The notes: generated by a model from the sequence alone, not told the origin. A stretch of DNA of 63,243 nt, filler included, from Craspedostauros australis (GCA_030167865.1; 9 parts of 9 records of this genome joined end to end with filler, not necessarily neighbours in it), one strand, 5' to 3'; counted from the whole stretch's first letter, positions 37,948-51,608 are shown. Numbers and translations are program-made.

Positions 37948-38824
37948 GCAGACGATGAGAAGGAGGCAGACCAACAACACATGAAGCATCAGTACGATTT
38001 TGAGACAAAGACAAGAGGTACTTGCAGCAGCTGCAGCTGCAGCAGCAGCAGCATTCGCCCATGGAGTGCTCTCTTCTATCTCTAATTGCCCCAAGTAACA
38101 TACATTCAAAATACATTTGTTAATTTTAACCACTATTGCTCTATTCGCATTGGATGATATCCGTAAGGAATTTTTCGGGGCTGGTGAATCCACTTAGCCG
38201 TAAGACCCCATTCAGCGAAGTCGTGTAGTATCCTGCGGATTTTACATCGTAAAACGTGATATTTTTAGATCATAATTTTGCGTGTTGTCAATTAGGGTTA
38301 GATATATGTAGCTAGCTTCTACGACACAAAAACATGGCTGGCTTGTCTTCACCGTAGACGAAAATGATGACGTCATTGACGGTCGATGTCAGACGGCGAT
38401 GGTATCCAACTGTGTTGATGGTGAAGTTGCGCCAGGTTCGGTGTCGTGTTGATTCCTCGCGTTGTTGGTGATTTGGCTCGGTTGGACGTTTCCTCTTTTG
38501 TGCGTTGTATCCAGCAGCACACCGTTGGTGGCATCCCTGCGCGTCGGCTGCAACAGCGACACTTGCGAATGCTACACAACAGAACATCAGGTAATGGAGC
38601 ACAGTGACTTATCCTATGGTATGCAAAATATATTGTAAATTATTTTACACCAAGCTTAGTTTGTTAGTACAAAGTCCTGCGTAACCTGCTTTGCTCCGCT
38701 TGGACATGGGATACCGAGGTCATCTGCTGAGCTGTTGGCATGGTGCGGAAAGCAACTGATGGTGGCGGTGTTGTTTACCTTGTTGTTTCTCGTGTTGTGA
38801 TTTGAGTACGTGCAGGTTCATTGA

Positions 38825-40400
38825 TGACAGCTTTCACTGTACTTCTTACCTTTTACTAATCGTATAAATCCAAAATACTGGTTGGAAATCGTCCTCGGAC
38901 AACTCACAATAAAACACAAGAGCTCCAACCAGGGCATGCACCAATGGGCCAATACGTCTGCTGTAGTTACTTGTGCAGTTTGACAGGTTAAGAGCTGTGG
39001 TTTACCAGCAAGCTTACCACTTACAAACAAACCTTCACCATAGCAAGAGCAATCAACAACAGAACTGTTGCACCCATCATCAAGGAGCTAGTCCAGCTTG
39101 ACTACTAGGAGATGACCTTCATCACATCCACCCTTGGGCGCATTGACCAAGCCATCCAGCATCTAGATGGCGCAATTGTGGCTTCTTTGACCTTTGCACC
39201 AACCCTCACTGCAATCAACATTGGAAACATCCAACACATCTTTGCATACGCCAGATCCAATACAATTGACTCCACCACCAACTGAATTGCCGTTGATGCA
39301 TACATTGAACAGACAAACTATGTGCCTCCAAAGATCAAGACCCCTGTTGCAAATGCAGTGGCTTGCACAAGAAACAAGATGGCCATCAAAGACGCAGCAG
39401 CAGTGGAGCCCCCAGTGGCAAACAACAAGATAGCAATGATGTCTCCATGATGTTGAGCCACCCTTGCGCAGCCACCCTCGCGCAGCCACCCTCGCGCAGC
39501 CACCCTCAACATCAACAGGTTGGCGTGAGGACAAGGTATCCATGCCCAAAACTCTGACCTTCTCTGGACTGAACAAAACCTGGCACAATTGGAAGATCAC
39601 ATTTGCCAGATCAATGGCAACAATGAGATACGCGAAGTATATAGAACCCAAGCAACCAACCAACTACAATTCACAGATCAACAACCAATTCTACACCATC
39701 CCCAACAGCAAGACCTATGAGGTGACACAGATTTCATTGTGTCATTGCACATTGGCAGTGGTCATGACACCTTCCAGGCACTGGTCCAGATGTACAAATT
39801 CAAGGAGAACAAGGCAGAGATCGTGGCTGAGCAGGAAGAGCTCCTGGCAAAGCCTATTTAGGATGGATCAAAGCTGTTCAGCACATTTGTCAACGCCTTC
39901 TCAAAGTCCATCCGCATGATGGAAGACAATGGAAAGGTCATGAACAAGAAGGAGACCACTGTAAATCTCTTTTACAACATCAATGACAAACAATTCTTGA
40001 GTGAGATTTCTTGGCTTCGCGACGTCAATCAGTCATTTGACTGGATCCGCAATGAGTTGATGAGACACAACAGCTCCATCGCCAACTCCAAGATCGAACA
40101 ATCCTCATGGCGCAACCAGCGCTAACAGTAGAAGAAGGACTGGCAAATCAACTGTAAGCGTCGCTATGAGGCGCCAATGGCGGACCAAAGGCCCTCGGCG
40201 ATGTTCCAGCTGATGGACAGCGTCTTCTGCCGGCTTCAAACCAACCCACAGGTGCTTGTCGTGGAGTCTGTGCATTACTTCCGCAAACACAGCAAGCCAA
40301 TCGACGAGGGCACACTCAAGAAACTCAAACTAGCGGAGTACGCAAAGAACCCCCAACTTCCCACCACACAAAGATCTCACAAGAGAGCCTGGACCAAAGC
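38825..40400 (+). mobile_element. Degenerate Ty1/copia-type LTR element: 5' LTR (family A, 38825..38985), PBS, decayed gag
   Basis: The 161-bp TGACA...TGACA segment is homologous to the solo LTR at 42779..42948. It is followed by GGTTAAGAGC, one mismatch from the half-tRNA-iMet PBS GGTTATGAGC, then broken gag-like frames (TFSGLNKTWHNWKITF; FSTFVNAFSKSIRMMEDNG). The right boundary is approximate. Confidence 0.65.
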
Positions 40401-41616
40401 ATCCCCAGCGTGCAGTGGAAAGGAATACAGGCCATGCGACGACAGCTTGTGACAATCAATGACAGACACAACTCGCTGCCAGTCGGAGATCATCATACGT
40501 ATCAAGCCCCATGACTGTAGGGGGAGACATGCACAGCTGCAGAGAGAAGACCCAAGTGTGCATGCCTGGAGGTACACAAGAGTCGGCGCCAAGCGGAACC
40601 CACCCGACCATCAAACACTTTCTTCACAGGGCAAGAGCAACAAGCAGTAGCCGAGGCTACATCATTTGACTCAGGGGCGGGCGGCGACATTGTACATGAA
40701 TCCGGATGGGTGGTTGTTGGAAATCCGGGGTTATAGTAGTAGACTAATCTGTTATCAGTCTGTACCGTTTTAGAACTGTGAGCACAACATGCTCATCTCC
40801 TTTCGATTCCAATTCACAACAAGCATGATCTGTAGTAGCCACCCGAGGTTACACCCTTTAGCTTGGCTCCTTTCGTCTGCATCTTCATCTTGCTTTCATC
40901 GTGGTTCATCACTTGCTTGGCTGAGGATTGGAGAGCACCTACATTCGTCAAGTTCATACTCGTAGACCTGTAGGTACCTCTCCTTCGGTCTCCTGTCACC
41001 TCGCTGGTCCCACTTCATTTCAGTTCCTCTCTCCGGTCATCTCGATGGTTGCCTTTGGATGCTTGGAACTTATTGTCATCTGGATCGTGGTCTTGGGTGA
41101 ATAGGGATCGCCTCTGTTTCGCTTTCTCACATTAGGTTCTCAGGGACGCGTCGACTTGTTCAGATATATTGGTTGTCGCGCTCGTTCGATTCACTCAGGG
41201 CTGGTGTGTTGCCATCGTTATAGATCTCTCGGTTCCCGACCGTTATCGGGACATGGCCGAGTAGGCCACTGGATGAGGGTGCTTGGATGTCGCATAAGAC
41301 AGGTAAGGCCATTGGGCTGTCCGAGTGCAACGGATCGATTGCTAAGTTGCGGTTTGTCTGGGATATGCTATTGGGGGTTGCGGCAATCATGGGTATCTTT
41401 GCACTTAATACCATTCCGGTTCCAGTCAGTCCTCATGGGAGCTGCGGCAGAATACGGTATCTTTGCAAAGTCGTACCCCCGATTCCTGACACCCTTCCAT
41501 TGTCGCACCACCATACTCACTCACACACAAATCGTCTCTCGTCACACTCCCTTGTCTCGCTCTTGCACTCATCTCTTCTGTCCCATTAATCCATGGTCGA
41601 TCTCAATTGAATGATG

Positions 41617-41967
41617 TGTTGGCAAGTTCCGCGCACGGTAACCTACGATCGTGGAAGATGGTGTTGGCTGTTAGTCTTCTGTTTGCTATTTCATTAGTTG
41701 GCTACTCCGATGCTCTCGGTGTACGCCGTCCTCTCGCCCGATGCTCTCGGCGCTTCAATCTGTTTCGTAGATTCGCTCTCCGACTATGAGTCGGTACGCG
41801 CGATCCTCTCTCGCTCTTCTTTGTATTCTCTCTCTCTCAACATCGTGTGCTCATGCTACACGATACTCCGTGCTCGATGCGTGCTCCGCATTCGACACTC
41901 CGTTCATTCAGTACTGGCTCCTACTCCATGAGTACTCGCCATTTGAAGTTCACCTTCAGTATCCATG
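41617..41967 (-). mobile_element. Partial LTR, family B (inverted copy, truncated by the gap)
   Basis: Reverse complement of the 3' portion of 48855..49658; begins TGTTGGCAAGTTCC. Confidence 0.8.
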
Positions 41968-42067
41968 NNNNNNNNNNNNNNNNNNNNNNNNNNNNNNNNN
42001 NNNNNNNNNNNTTAATTAATTAANNNNNNNNNNNNNNNNNNNNNNNNNNNNNNNNNNNNNNNNNNNN

Positions 42068-42665
42068 TCGCTTTGCGCATCGGTATGAACAGGCGTGGCT
42101 GGTTGTGGTGCATGCAGTGCAAACTGAGGAACATCTCCGAACAACAGGCTCTGCAGGTCTCGGGAAAAGTTGCTGCATCCGATCTTGCGGATGCACCCGT
42201 CCAACATAGGCTGAATCTCCGTTTCCGACAACGCATCGGGCGTTTATGTGCGTGCATGCTGGTACTGATGACTTGGATCCAGACTGCACCATGGGCCATG
42301 ACACGTTGTGCCTTTGCAGTTGGTCCTGGTGTTGGTTCTGTTGTTGGCGTTGCAATTGCCCATGTCCCAAGCTCTCCTCTACTCCAGAGCAGTTGGTTTG
42401 ATATCTTCCTTTCTGTTGTTGCTGAGCGATGTGACATGTTTGAGGTCGTTGTTTGTCACCGTTTGCCATTCGTTATCAGCATCAGCATTGTCATCTCCAT
42501 CGTCTCTTCCCATGGTCGCCTTCGTTGATTCTGGTTGGCGTGCAGCGTTTTGCGTTGCTGCCTCTTGCTTGATTACTTCATTGCTTCGTTGATTTGTTGC
42601 TTGATGGGCAATGTCTCAGTGCTGGCTGCTATCTCCATCAATGCAAGCACAGTCATACCATTTCA

Positions 42666-42702
<37 letters not shown>

Positions 42703-43351
42703 TGATGTTGGTTGATGGTTCATGTGCAAAATCGAAGATTTGTTGCTTCGGGTGGACTCAAGAGTTGTTGGCGCGTTTTGACAATTCTCACAGAATTCCT
42801 TACTTCTTACTTCTCTACTAATCCTATTAGTCAAATACTGGTCGGGGGCCGTCTTCGGACAGCACTCACAAATAAACAACAAGAGCTCCGACCAGGGCAC
42901 GAAACAACGGGCCAATACGTCTTTCGTAGTTACTTGCACTGTTTGACACGTTTGGCGGGTACTCATCTGTCTGCCATCTGTAGTGCAGCCAACCAATGAC
43001 ACACACAACGAACATCGCTTCTCTGTTGTCTCCATGCAGCGCAACTCTGTTCGACGATGGCGATGGCGACAGCGATGGCGACCCCTCCAACGATGCCACC
43101 TGTCAGGAATCGGATGTTCTGAAACACCGGATTGCCGCAACTCTCATGTGTGCGAGAGATTGAGCGTCATGAAATGCGACATTACTGCACCTCCCTCTTT
43201 GGATGTTGTTGTTGTATCACACTGACTATAGTTATTTGCTATGCGCCGAAGGCGCTTTTGAGCCGCCTCGTTTGTTCTACATGCGTCATGTAGCGGGAAC
43301 GGACTGGTTCAGCAGCGATCACCGTGCTGGATAGTAGTGTTTCATGTATTT
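42068..43351. repeat. Segment duplicated at 50195..51287, with its first ~610 bp also inverted at 54433..55043; carries the 5' end of an SRR1-like pseudogene
   Basis: Both contigs start with the same TCGCTTTGCGCATCGG, and identical ORFs are offset by 8,127 bp. The copies differ in a (CT)n(GT)n tract, a 170-bp insertion and several SNPs. Confidence 0.92.
42779..42948 (+). mobile_element. Solo LTR (family A), 170 bp, with 5-bp target-site duplication CGTTT
   Basis: CGTTT-TGACAATT...GTTTGACA-CGTTT. The empty site GCGCGTTTGGCGG is present in the other copy near 50882. Confidence 0.92.
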
Positions 43352-46300
43352 CATGTATGTGCGTGTTGGAGATGCCTTGGCTGCGGATGAGAGGGACTGA
43401 TCGGCAGTGCAGCAGCCGGCAGTGGTGTACGGCTTGATGAGGCGTGGGGACGGTCGTGTGCCACCGTCTGGAGACCTGTGTCGTCTCGGCTGGCCGCTCG
43501 GCGCCTCAGCCATTGCATCTGCACCAGGGGAACTGTGGCTTGGATGTGAGACATGCCGTGCAGCATGGCCAGCAGCCACTCTGCCTTCCGTGGCTCGGAT
43601 TCCGGAAGGTGCCTGGCCAACTGTCGAAGGTGCCGGGGAACGGACTGTGAGGGCAGCTCCAGCAGGGCATGGCAATACGATACCATGCGCTGGGACATTG
43701 CGCTTTGCTCACCCGCCTCGTGCAGCGTGCGATTGCGGCTTGACCACTGCTGGAGAGCCATGTGCCACAACTCATGTGTGACTTCCGCCTGCCAGAACAC
43801 CTGTCGTGCACGGCGGCGGGATGGCTCCGGGTTTGGACTGTGCTGGATCCATTCCATCGACCATGCGCCCCACAAGAGCCCGTCCCACCCTACTCCGTGC
43901 TGTGCACGCTCGATGGATTGTGTTGAAGAGCGCCTGATGCCTTGGGGAGGAGCACCGCCTTGTCTCAGCACTCTCAAAGCCTTGACCAGGAGCTGGGCAG
44001 CATCACGTCGTACCGTGGGCGGCTGGATGACCTTCCGAATGCGCTGTATGCACGCCTCCCACAGGTCTTGGCTGTCCTTGCTCGGGCAATGCATCACATG
44101 CTGGTTCGTCTTGACTCTCCCACAGCGGGGGCGGGCGTTCCTGTCTGTCTGTCTGCTATCGGCGGCACATGTTGCGACCCGTTGCCGCATTGCCGGATGC
44201 AAGCTTGAGAATGGTGCGGTGCTTGCCTCCACTCCAGCGACTCATCACTTTCTGGAGCGGGACCCATTCCACCGGGCACCGATCAGCTGAACCCCAGCGG
44301 TGCCGCCACTTGTCTCGCAGGTTTGCCGCTGCCGTTACATTGGATATGGCGGGGTAGCTGGCCTCCGACAAGAAGTGGTCGCTGGCACGCACTGCCCATC
44401 CAGCTGACATTGGATTGCCGTGCACTGCACCCCACGTCCCGGCTTCCTCTAACGCCTGCCACTGTGCGCCTGCTTCGTGGTCCGCCACCACATTCATCGT
44501 TTCCCAGTCGGAGATGCTGTGCCCTAGCCTCGAATCTGCGTGGCCTTTGACATGCCGGACCTCATAGCTGACCGCTGGCCGCCGCAATAGCCGCTGGATC
44601 TCACTTCGGAGGTTGTAGTGGTTGTCTTCCGCTTGAAGGAGCTCTACGGGCTCACTGGCTCGGACGGCCTGCATGCTGTCACATGCGATGACGGCGGATC
44701 CGCGAACTCCTGACCACCTAGCGAACGCGTCCAGGAACTGCATAGTGAGTAGCACTCCTGCCGTTTCGGCACGGTTGGAATCCATCACACGTGAGCCTTC
44801 TGGCACCTCGGACCTGACGATGATGCCTGCCATGGGCTGCACCAGCCTGTCTTGGATGATGACAGCCGTGGTCCCTCGTTGGTCCTTAGCCGACGCATCG
44901 CAGCACGCCACGCACGTCGCCTGTACGATGGAGGCGGCGATCTCATGGACCGATCCGTGGATGCTCACTTGCTGCAACATGCTGGTGGCCAGGCCGCCGA
45001 GCTGCGCAATGTGTGCCTGCAGGGTGCGGGCGTCTTCTTGCGGAACCACTGCTCCCATGGAGTGAACGGACTTCGTTCCGCGATGCTCGCTGACATCCAG
45101 CACCGACTGGCCCCGAATGCGCCAGCACCGAAACTCCAGGCCGCCGAGGCGCTGGGGAGCCGCACCGGGGCGCTGTCTCCACACATCTCCGTCGCAGTCC
45201 TGCCATGTCGCAGACCTTTGACGACTCTTCCATAGCCCGAGCGGCTTGCGCAGCACCATTCCCAGCCTATCATCCACAATGACCGTCCGGACCAGGCTAT
45301 CCCAGGCAGCCCATGCTTGACGCGAAGGTGCCACCGCCTTGGGCCAGTTGTAGGTGGTTTGGAGCTGTTGGGCCTGGCGGTGCTGGGTCACTGCAGGGTG
45401 TATGCCGACGCCGGCAGCGTCACATATGTCGGACATCCAGAACGCCTGGAGATGCACCCGCACCGCGTTCGCCTTGCGCAGGTCCTCGTCGCCGGCTCCC
45501 CGTTCCAGGAAAGCTACCATGATGGCCACGTCCTGCTCCCGCTGGGCTGCGAGCGACGGCGAGCTGTGGTGCAGCACCAATCTGTAGTTCGTCATCATTT
45601 GGAACGTGCTTGCCCACCATTAACCGGAGGTCCAGCGCTGCCACCGATGCTGTTGCTGCTGAAGCTGTTCGGAAAGGCCTGACCATAGCTGGAGTTGGAG
45701 GAGCGACGCCCGGAGCAGTTTACCTGTGGTTGTCGCTGCGCCGAAGTGCCTCCAGATCATTGCAAGATGGGCTTTGCATTGTACGGTGTACAAGTGAGGG
45801 ATAACCGGCCCGTTGAGTTGACGAGGGCCGTGGACATAAGGCCTCGCCATGGTGCGAACGATGCCCATGTGGGGGAGAGCCACCATGAGTGCTGGCCACA
45901 TGATGCTTTCGCGCTGACTGTGTGTGAGAGTGGTGGCTGCCAACGAGTACTCCAGCGCAGGCCATAGGACTGCCTTGAGGGCAACTTCAGTGTCCTGTTT
46001 GGAGATGCGTGACGTCCGGATGTGTGCCGCCCATGCCTCCGCTTTGCCTTGGAGATACGTCGCATGCTCCTGTTGGCCTCCATCTCGCCGCATCATCATG
46101 CCCAGGTATTTGCTGGCCTGGTGCACTGGCATATGCTGCAACACCTGGGCTTCACCACTTGCTCCTTGCATATGGATGTCGTGCAGCCTCCAACTTTTGT
46201 CATATTGCCATCTGCAGTTGCCCCACTTGAATTTGATCAGCTGCCAGAAGCTCTTTTCCGGAGCAAGACATCCACCGGAAGCAGTCAGCATTGCTTCCCA

Positions 46301-48854
46301 TTGAGATACCACTGCCTGGAACTCTCTGGACTGGGACGGCACGTCGGAGGATTGCAACGTGTGAACCAAATTGGTGTCATCCACGTACGCGAAGCAGACC
46401 AACCGTTGTGGACGTCTGTTCGATTCGCCGTATTGGAACCCAAACCCTTTGGCGTGCATTCAGTCGATGAGGGCCGAGCTGATCAGCAGCCAACCTGTGG
46501 GGGCCACTCCCAGGCCCTGGACGAGTCCTTGGATTGGCCGGGGGAGGAGAGATCCGGAGTAGCTGGCTGCTGAGACGCCTGACCACATGCTGATTTTGTG
46601 CCGAATGTGCTGGAACGTGCATAGAACACTTTCGATGGGCTGACGAGGTGCCCCTTGGCGTCGGAGAGCCATCCCGAATGCCGGATGCGATATGCGGTCG
46701 TAACAGCCTTTGGCGTCGTTGGAGCACACTGCTGCGTCTCGCCCCGTAAGCCTCATGATGTCGTACGTCAGGCACATGTTTACAAGCACCTCTTGGGCCG
46801 TGTGCGCCTGCCTGCTGCCGTATTGCTCGTCCGCGATAGTGGCGTTGCTCTCTGCGTGTCGGCGGGCTGTGCAGCCCAATTGCCTGGTGTTCATGTTGAA
46901 GTCGCTTTCCATGAGACCGATTGTCCACGTCTTGGTGACGGCGAGGTTGCCCGGTTGCTTCCGAAGCTGGACGTCGGTGCACTGCTGCCATCTGAGCAGA
47001 CTGTAGCCCGTGTGTTACGGAATAGACCGCATGATGGCATCGATCGCCGCAAGCTGAGGGTCCCTGGAATTTGCTTTCCAGCAGCCAAAATGAATGCCCG
47101 ATGGACCTGACGACGTACGCTCCTTGATCTTGCGCCATCCTTCCACGTGCTCTTCGGTGGTGATCGCCGTGTCTTGCTGGGACCATGGTGTGGTTTGCGA
47201 CGGCTGGCGTAGCGCATGGAGCAGCTCCGCTGTTCCCCTCTGAATTTGCGTGGGAACAAGGCCTTGGATGATTGCATCGGCAGCCAGGGATGTTCCATAT
47301 TTCCCCACACGGCGGCTGAGACGTCCTGTACACAATTCAGAGGACCATGCAGCCTGATTTTTGGCGATGTTTGTCTCGCAGCACGCTCGGGCCACTTCCT
47401 CAGGCTCCGTGAGAACCTGGCCGCCACCGCCTGGACCGTCATGGATCACCATGGCGACTTGCGAGTCAAGTGCCGACCCTGACAGCGCATGTCGGATGCG
47501 ACGGAACTTCGCCCTTGTCTCCTCGCGCTCGGCCAACTGCCGCCTGTGCTTCGTCTGGTCGCCCCCACTGTCACTCACGTACTCCGCATTGGATTGTAAG
47601 AAGTCCGCTCGGTGCTCGGCAGCCATGCGCTTTTCTTTCTTCAGCTGCTTCCACGCTCGGTTGCGTTCTGTTGTCATGGCAGCGATGCTCATGCCTTTCG
47701 TGCGAACATGGCCGAGCTGGGACTGCTTCTTCAGCCTGTCGATGGTAGAGCCTTTCACCTGGTGGCCTTGCCTGCGCCGGATGGACTCCGTCCAGAATTT
47801 GTGAGCCTTCTGGACTCTGGCAACCAGCGGCAAGTACAGCACCCTACCCATGCGGACTTTCCTGCAGCCCTTTTCGGCCCATAGCATAGCTTCGGTGCGA
47901 TCCTCATCAATGCTTTCGATGTCCGCTTGCTGGCTCTTGGTGAGTGGTCCTGCTGTGATGGATTGCTCCAAGGCCATGGCCCTCTCCAGCAGGCGGAGTC
48001 GCTTTGCTGCTTTGGCATATTCTTCAAGATAGCGGTTGACGGTTGCAGGGCTTTGGAGCTGAAGCCTGCGGCCCCGGAATGGTTGGGTCGACGTTCTGCG
48101 CTGACCCAAGAGTTGGGATGCAAGAAAGTCGGCCCACACCATGCGATGGTCCCAACTTCCGAATGGGGTGGCACCTGATTGTGAGGGTGTTGCCTCGCGT
48201 GAGGTCCAGATCCCGTCGATTTGGGTGCAAGCACGATTGCGGATGTGAGTGGCCGTCGGTGTCGGGTGTTGGGTGGACATTGCCTCTCCTAGCCCTTCCT
48301 CCGCGAGCATGGAACCCATTCTTGATGACCTCACATCCATGTTGATGTCGCCACCAAGTATTACGGTTTCCCCTGCTTGATGCCACAGGTGCACTTGCTG
48401 TTGCAGTTCCTGTATGTGCAGGCTGATGGGGTCCGTGTCGATGCCGTCTGCCGCCGCGTTGGCTGCCAGCTGGTTGTACACCATACCTGGAGTCTTGACC
48501 GACTTGTTGGCCACGTACGTCGACACCACCCGAATCTTGATGCCGCCCTTGCCCTGGAGAAGCACGCTGACCCACCTTCCCCAACCGTGTGTGTCGACAG
48601 AGGAAGATAGCACGCGGCCTCTGGTGTTGCCATGCATGAGGATGGCTGTGCCTCCCCACTGGCGCACTCGTGGGGAGTTGAATTTGTTGTGCAATGTAAC
48701 CGTGCGCGACTGAGGGATGTTCTTCTGTGCCGTTTCATGCAGATGCCAGTGTCGTGGCACCTTGCTCCAGTTGATGCCCACCTCTGTCAAGAGTGCAATG
48801 TCCACCTTGTGCCGTCGGATGGTTTCCCACAGGTCCTGGTACTTTGGTTCGGAT
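43205..48854 (-). mobile_element. Decayed non-LTR retrotransposon: APE endonuclease - RT - RNase H - Cys/His motif (Ambal-like architecture)
   Basis: APE: VDIALLTEVG, ILGGDINMD, QIDGIW, WDHRMVW. RT: EQYGSR, NDAKGCYDRI, QGLG, AYVDDT, KYLG. RNase H: CCDAS, RAETAG, IACDS, HVKGHAD, NVVADHEA. One frame from 48854 to 44156 has internal stops at 47015, 46460 and 45620, then a stop plus frameshift near 44150. The 3' boundary is approximate. Confidence 0.9.
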
Positions 48855-49658
48855 TGTCGAGATGTACATGTGAGTATATGTCGAGATGTACGTGTATATG
48901 TGCATCGTTCACCCGTTATTCTCTCATACGCACTTGGACGGTATAACTACATTCGTGTCGATAGTACGCTGTGATTCGTCAGAATTACAGCGGAAATGGA
49001 ACACACGAAAAGGGGCAAGATTTCTGGAAGGAAATTTGCAAATGACGATTTCTGAGAGAATTGGAATATCGTCCGTCCATCCATCAATGGTACCAAGAGA
49101 ATCTCGAGGTACTTCCCAACTAAACCTCAGATGACGATATCATCTGACAGACCACTGCATCACCAATGGAACGTGACATCTGGAGAGCAGAAGGACGCCT
49201 ACTGACATTGACAGGATGTCATCATGTCACCACGTCGACATCTGTCTCCAAGTCAGAGCAGGAAGCGAAGATCCGAATGACCGAAGGGCATCAAGATCAT
49301 GGATACGGGAGATGAACTTCAAATGGCGAGTCCTCATGGAGTATGAACCAGTACTGAATGAACAGAGTGTCGAATGCGGAGTACGCATCGAACATGTAGT
49401 ATTGTGTAGCACGAAGCACACGATGTTGAGACAGAGAGAGAGAGAGAATACAGAGAGGAGCGAGAGAGCATCTCGCGTACCGACTCATAGTCGGAGACCG
49501 AATCTACAAAACAGATTGAAGCACCGAGAGCATCGGGCAAGAGAACGGGCGTACACCGAGAGGATCGGAGTGCCAACGTAATGAAATAGCAAACGGACGA
49601 CTATCAACCAACACCACCCTCCACGATCGTAGGCTACCAAGCACGGAAATTGCCAACA
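48855..49658 (+). mobile_element. ~800-bp LTR (family B) inserted into the LINE endonuclease region, followed by putative internal sequence and a short acidic ORF (49741..50028)
   Basis: TGTCGAGA...GCCAACA termini, with homologous copies at 61455..62251 and 41617..41967. The LINE frame (SEPKYQDLWETIRRHKVDIALL) is cut exactly at 48854. The flanks do not form a TSD, so this is probably not a solo LTR. Confidence 0.75.
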
Positions 49659-51287
49659 CGTTTATAAACGATAGATCAGGGCGAGCCCGCGGATCGGATC
49701 GTACGAGGAAGACGAACATCATTCAAGAGCAGCAAGCTGAATGAGCGAGGAAGAGGAATTGAGAGACATCCCTCTGTCCCAACCGGCTATCAAGAGAGAA
49801 GAAGGTGCGAGTGAGACTCCACCACGACAAGAGAAGGAAGCAGCCGCGGCTACTGTCCTATCAGGCGCAGACGCAAGCGCGATCGACGAGACCGAAGAGG
49901 AACGGTCTGCAAGACTACACCGCGAGGAGACGAGGATTCTCAAGGCGGTCAAGCAAGAGGAGACTGGTGTGACGAAGAGCATTCGCACAGCCAAACAGAG
50001 TGGGAAAAGTGTAATAGAGCTAAACTAGTAACCACCTTAGCGAGAGAGACTACGAATCATCCGACTCGTCAGCATTCCAGTAGGTCGAATGGACNNNNNN
50101 NNNNNNNNNNNNNNNNNNNNNNNNNNNNNNNNNNNNNNTTAATTAATTAANNNNNNNNNNNNNNNNNNNNNNNNNNNNNNNNNNNNNNNNNNNNTCGCTT
50201 TGCGCATCGGTATGAACAGGCGTGGCTGGTTGTGGTGCATGCAGTGCAAACTGAGGAACATCTCCGAACAACAGGCTCTGCAGGTCTCGGGAAAAGTTGC
50301 TGCATCCGATCTTGCGGATGCACCCGTCCAACATAGGCTGAATCTCCGTTTCCGACAACGCATCGGGCGTTTATGTGCGTGCATGCTGGTACTGATGACT
50401 TGGATCCAGACTGCACCATGGGCCATGACACGTTGTGCCTTTGCAGTTGGTCCTGGTGTTGGTTCTGTTGTTGGCGTTGCAATTGCCCATGTCCCAAGCT
50501 CTCCTCTACTCCAGAGCAGTTGGTTTGATATCTTCCTTTCTGTTGTTGCTGAGCGATGTGACATGTTTGAGGTCGTTGTTTGTCACCGTTTGCCATTCGT
50601 TATCAGCATCAGCATTGTCATCTCCATCGTCTCTTCCCATGGTCGCCTTCGTTGATTCTGGTTGGCGTGCAGCGTTTTGCGTTGCTGCCTCTTGCTTGAT
50701 TACTTCATTGCTTCGTTGATTTGTTGCTTGATGGGCAATGTCTCAGTGCTGGCTGCTATCTCCATCAATGCAAGCACAGTCATACCATTTCATCTCTCTC
50801 TCTCTTTGTGTGTTGATGTTGGTTGATGATTCATGTGCAAAATCGAAGATTTGTTGCTTCGGGTGGACTCAAGAGTTGTTGGCGCGTTTGGCGGGTACTC
50901 ATCTGTCTGCCATCTGTAGTGCAGCCAACCAATGACACACACAACGAACATCGCTTCTCTGTTGTCTCCATGCAGCGCAACTCTGTTCGACGATGGCGAT
51001 GGCGACAGCGATGGCGACCCCTCCAGCGATGCCACCTGTCAGGAATCGGATGTTCTGAAACACCGGATTGCCGCAACTCTCATGTATGCGAGAGATTGAG
51101 CATCATGAAATGCGACATTACTGCACCTCCCTCTTTGGATGTTGTTGTTGTATCACACTGACTATAGTTATTTGCTATGCGCTGAAGGCGCTTTTGATCC
51201 GCCTCGTTTGTTCTACATGCGTCATGTAGCGGGAACGGACTGGTTCAGCAGGGATCACCGTGCTGGATAGTAGTGTTTCATGTATTT

Positions 51288-51608
51288 TGATAGAACGATA
51301 ATGAAAACGAGGTGAACTTACTGAACGCCGAAGGGTGATCAATCCATGGTAGTACAGTAGGTGAACGAGGTTGTTGCTGAGTGTGTGTCTTAGTCTTTAA
51401 TAGCTGATACGAATCCAAATGAGACTTTCAAAAGGGTTGTGAGCATGTGATGTGCAGCATCCATTATAGTTGGATCTGCAACATCTCTATTAGTAGTAAC
51501 ATAGTGGAGCGTTGAGTCTCCGTACGTGCAATCATCGNGGTGTCGATGTTGCCATTTCCGAGAGGAGACATCAATTTCGTGACGGTCGGAGAGAGAGTTT
51601 GTTGTTCA
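51288..51608 (-). mobile_element. Probable 3' LTR (family C, ~321 bp) of the adjacent copia element
   Basis: Begins TGA exactly where this contig diverges from its duplicate and ends TCA. The adjacent CTCTCTTCC reads GGAAGAGAG on the minus strand, a PPT-like tract. No second LTR is visible to confirm it. Confidence 0.6.

Noticed and set aside
38292..38302. TTAGGGTTAG, telomere-like or transposon end
   Set aside because: Fewer than two repeat units, and no matching inverted terminus was found.
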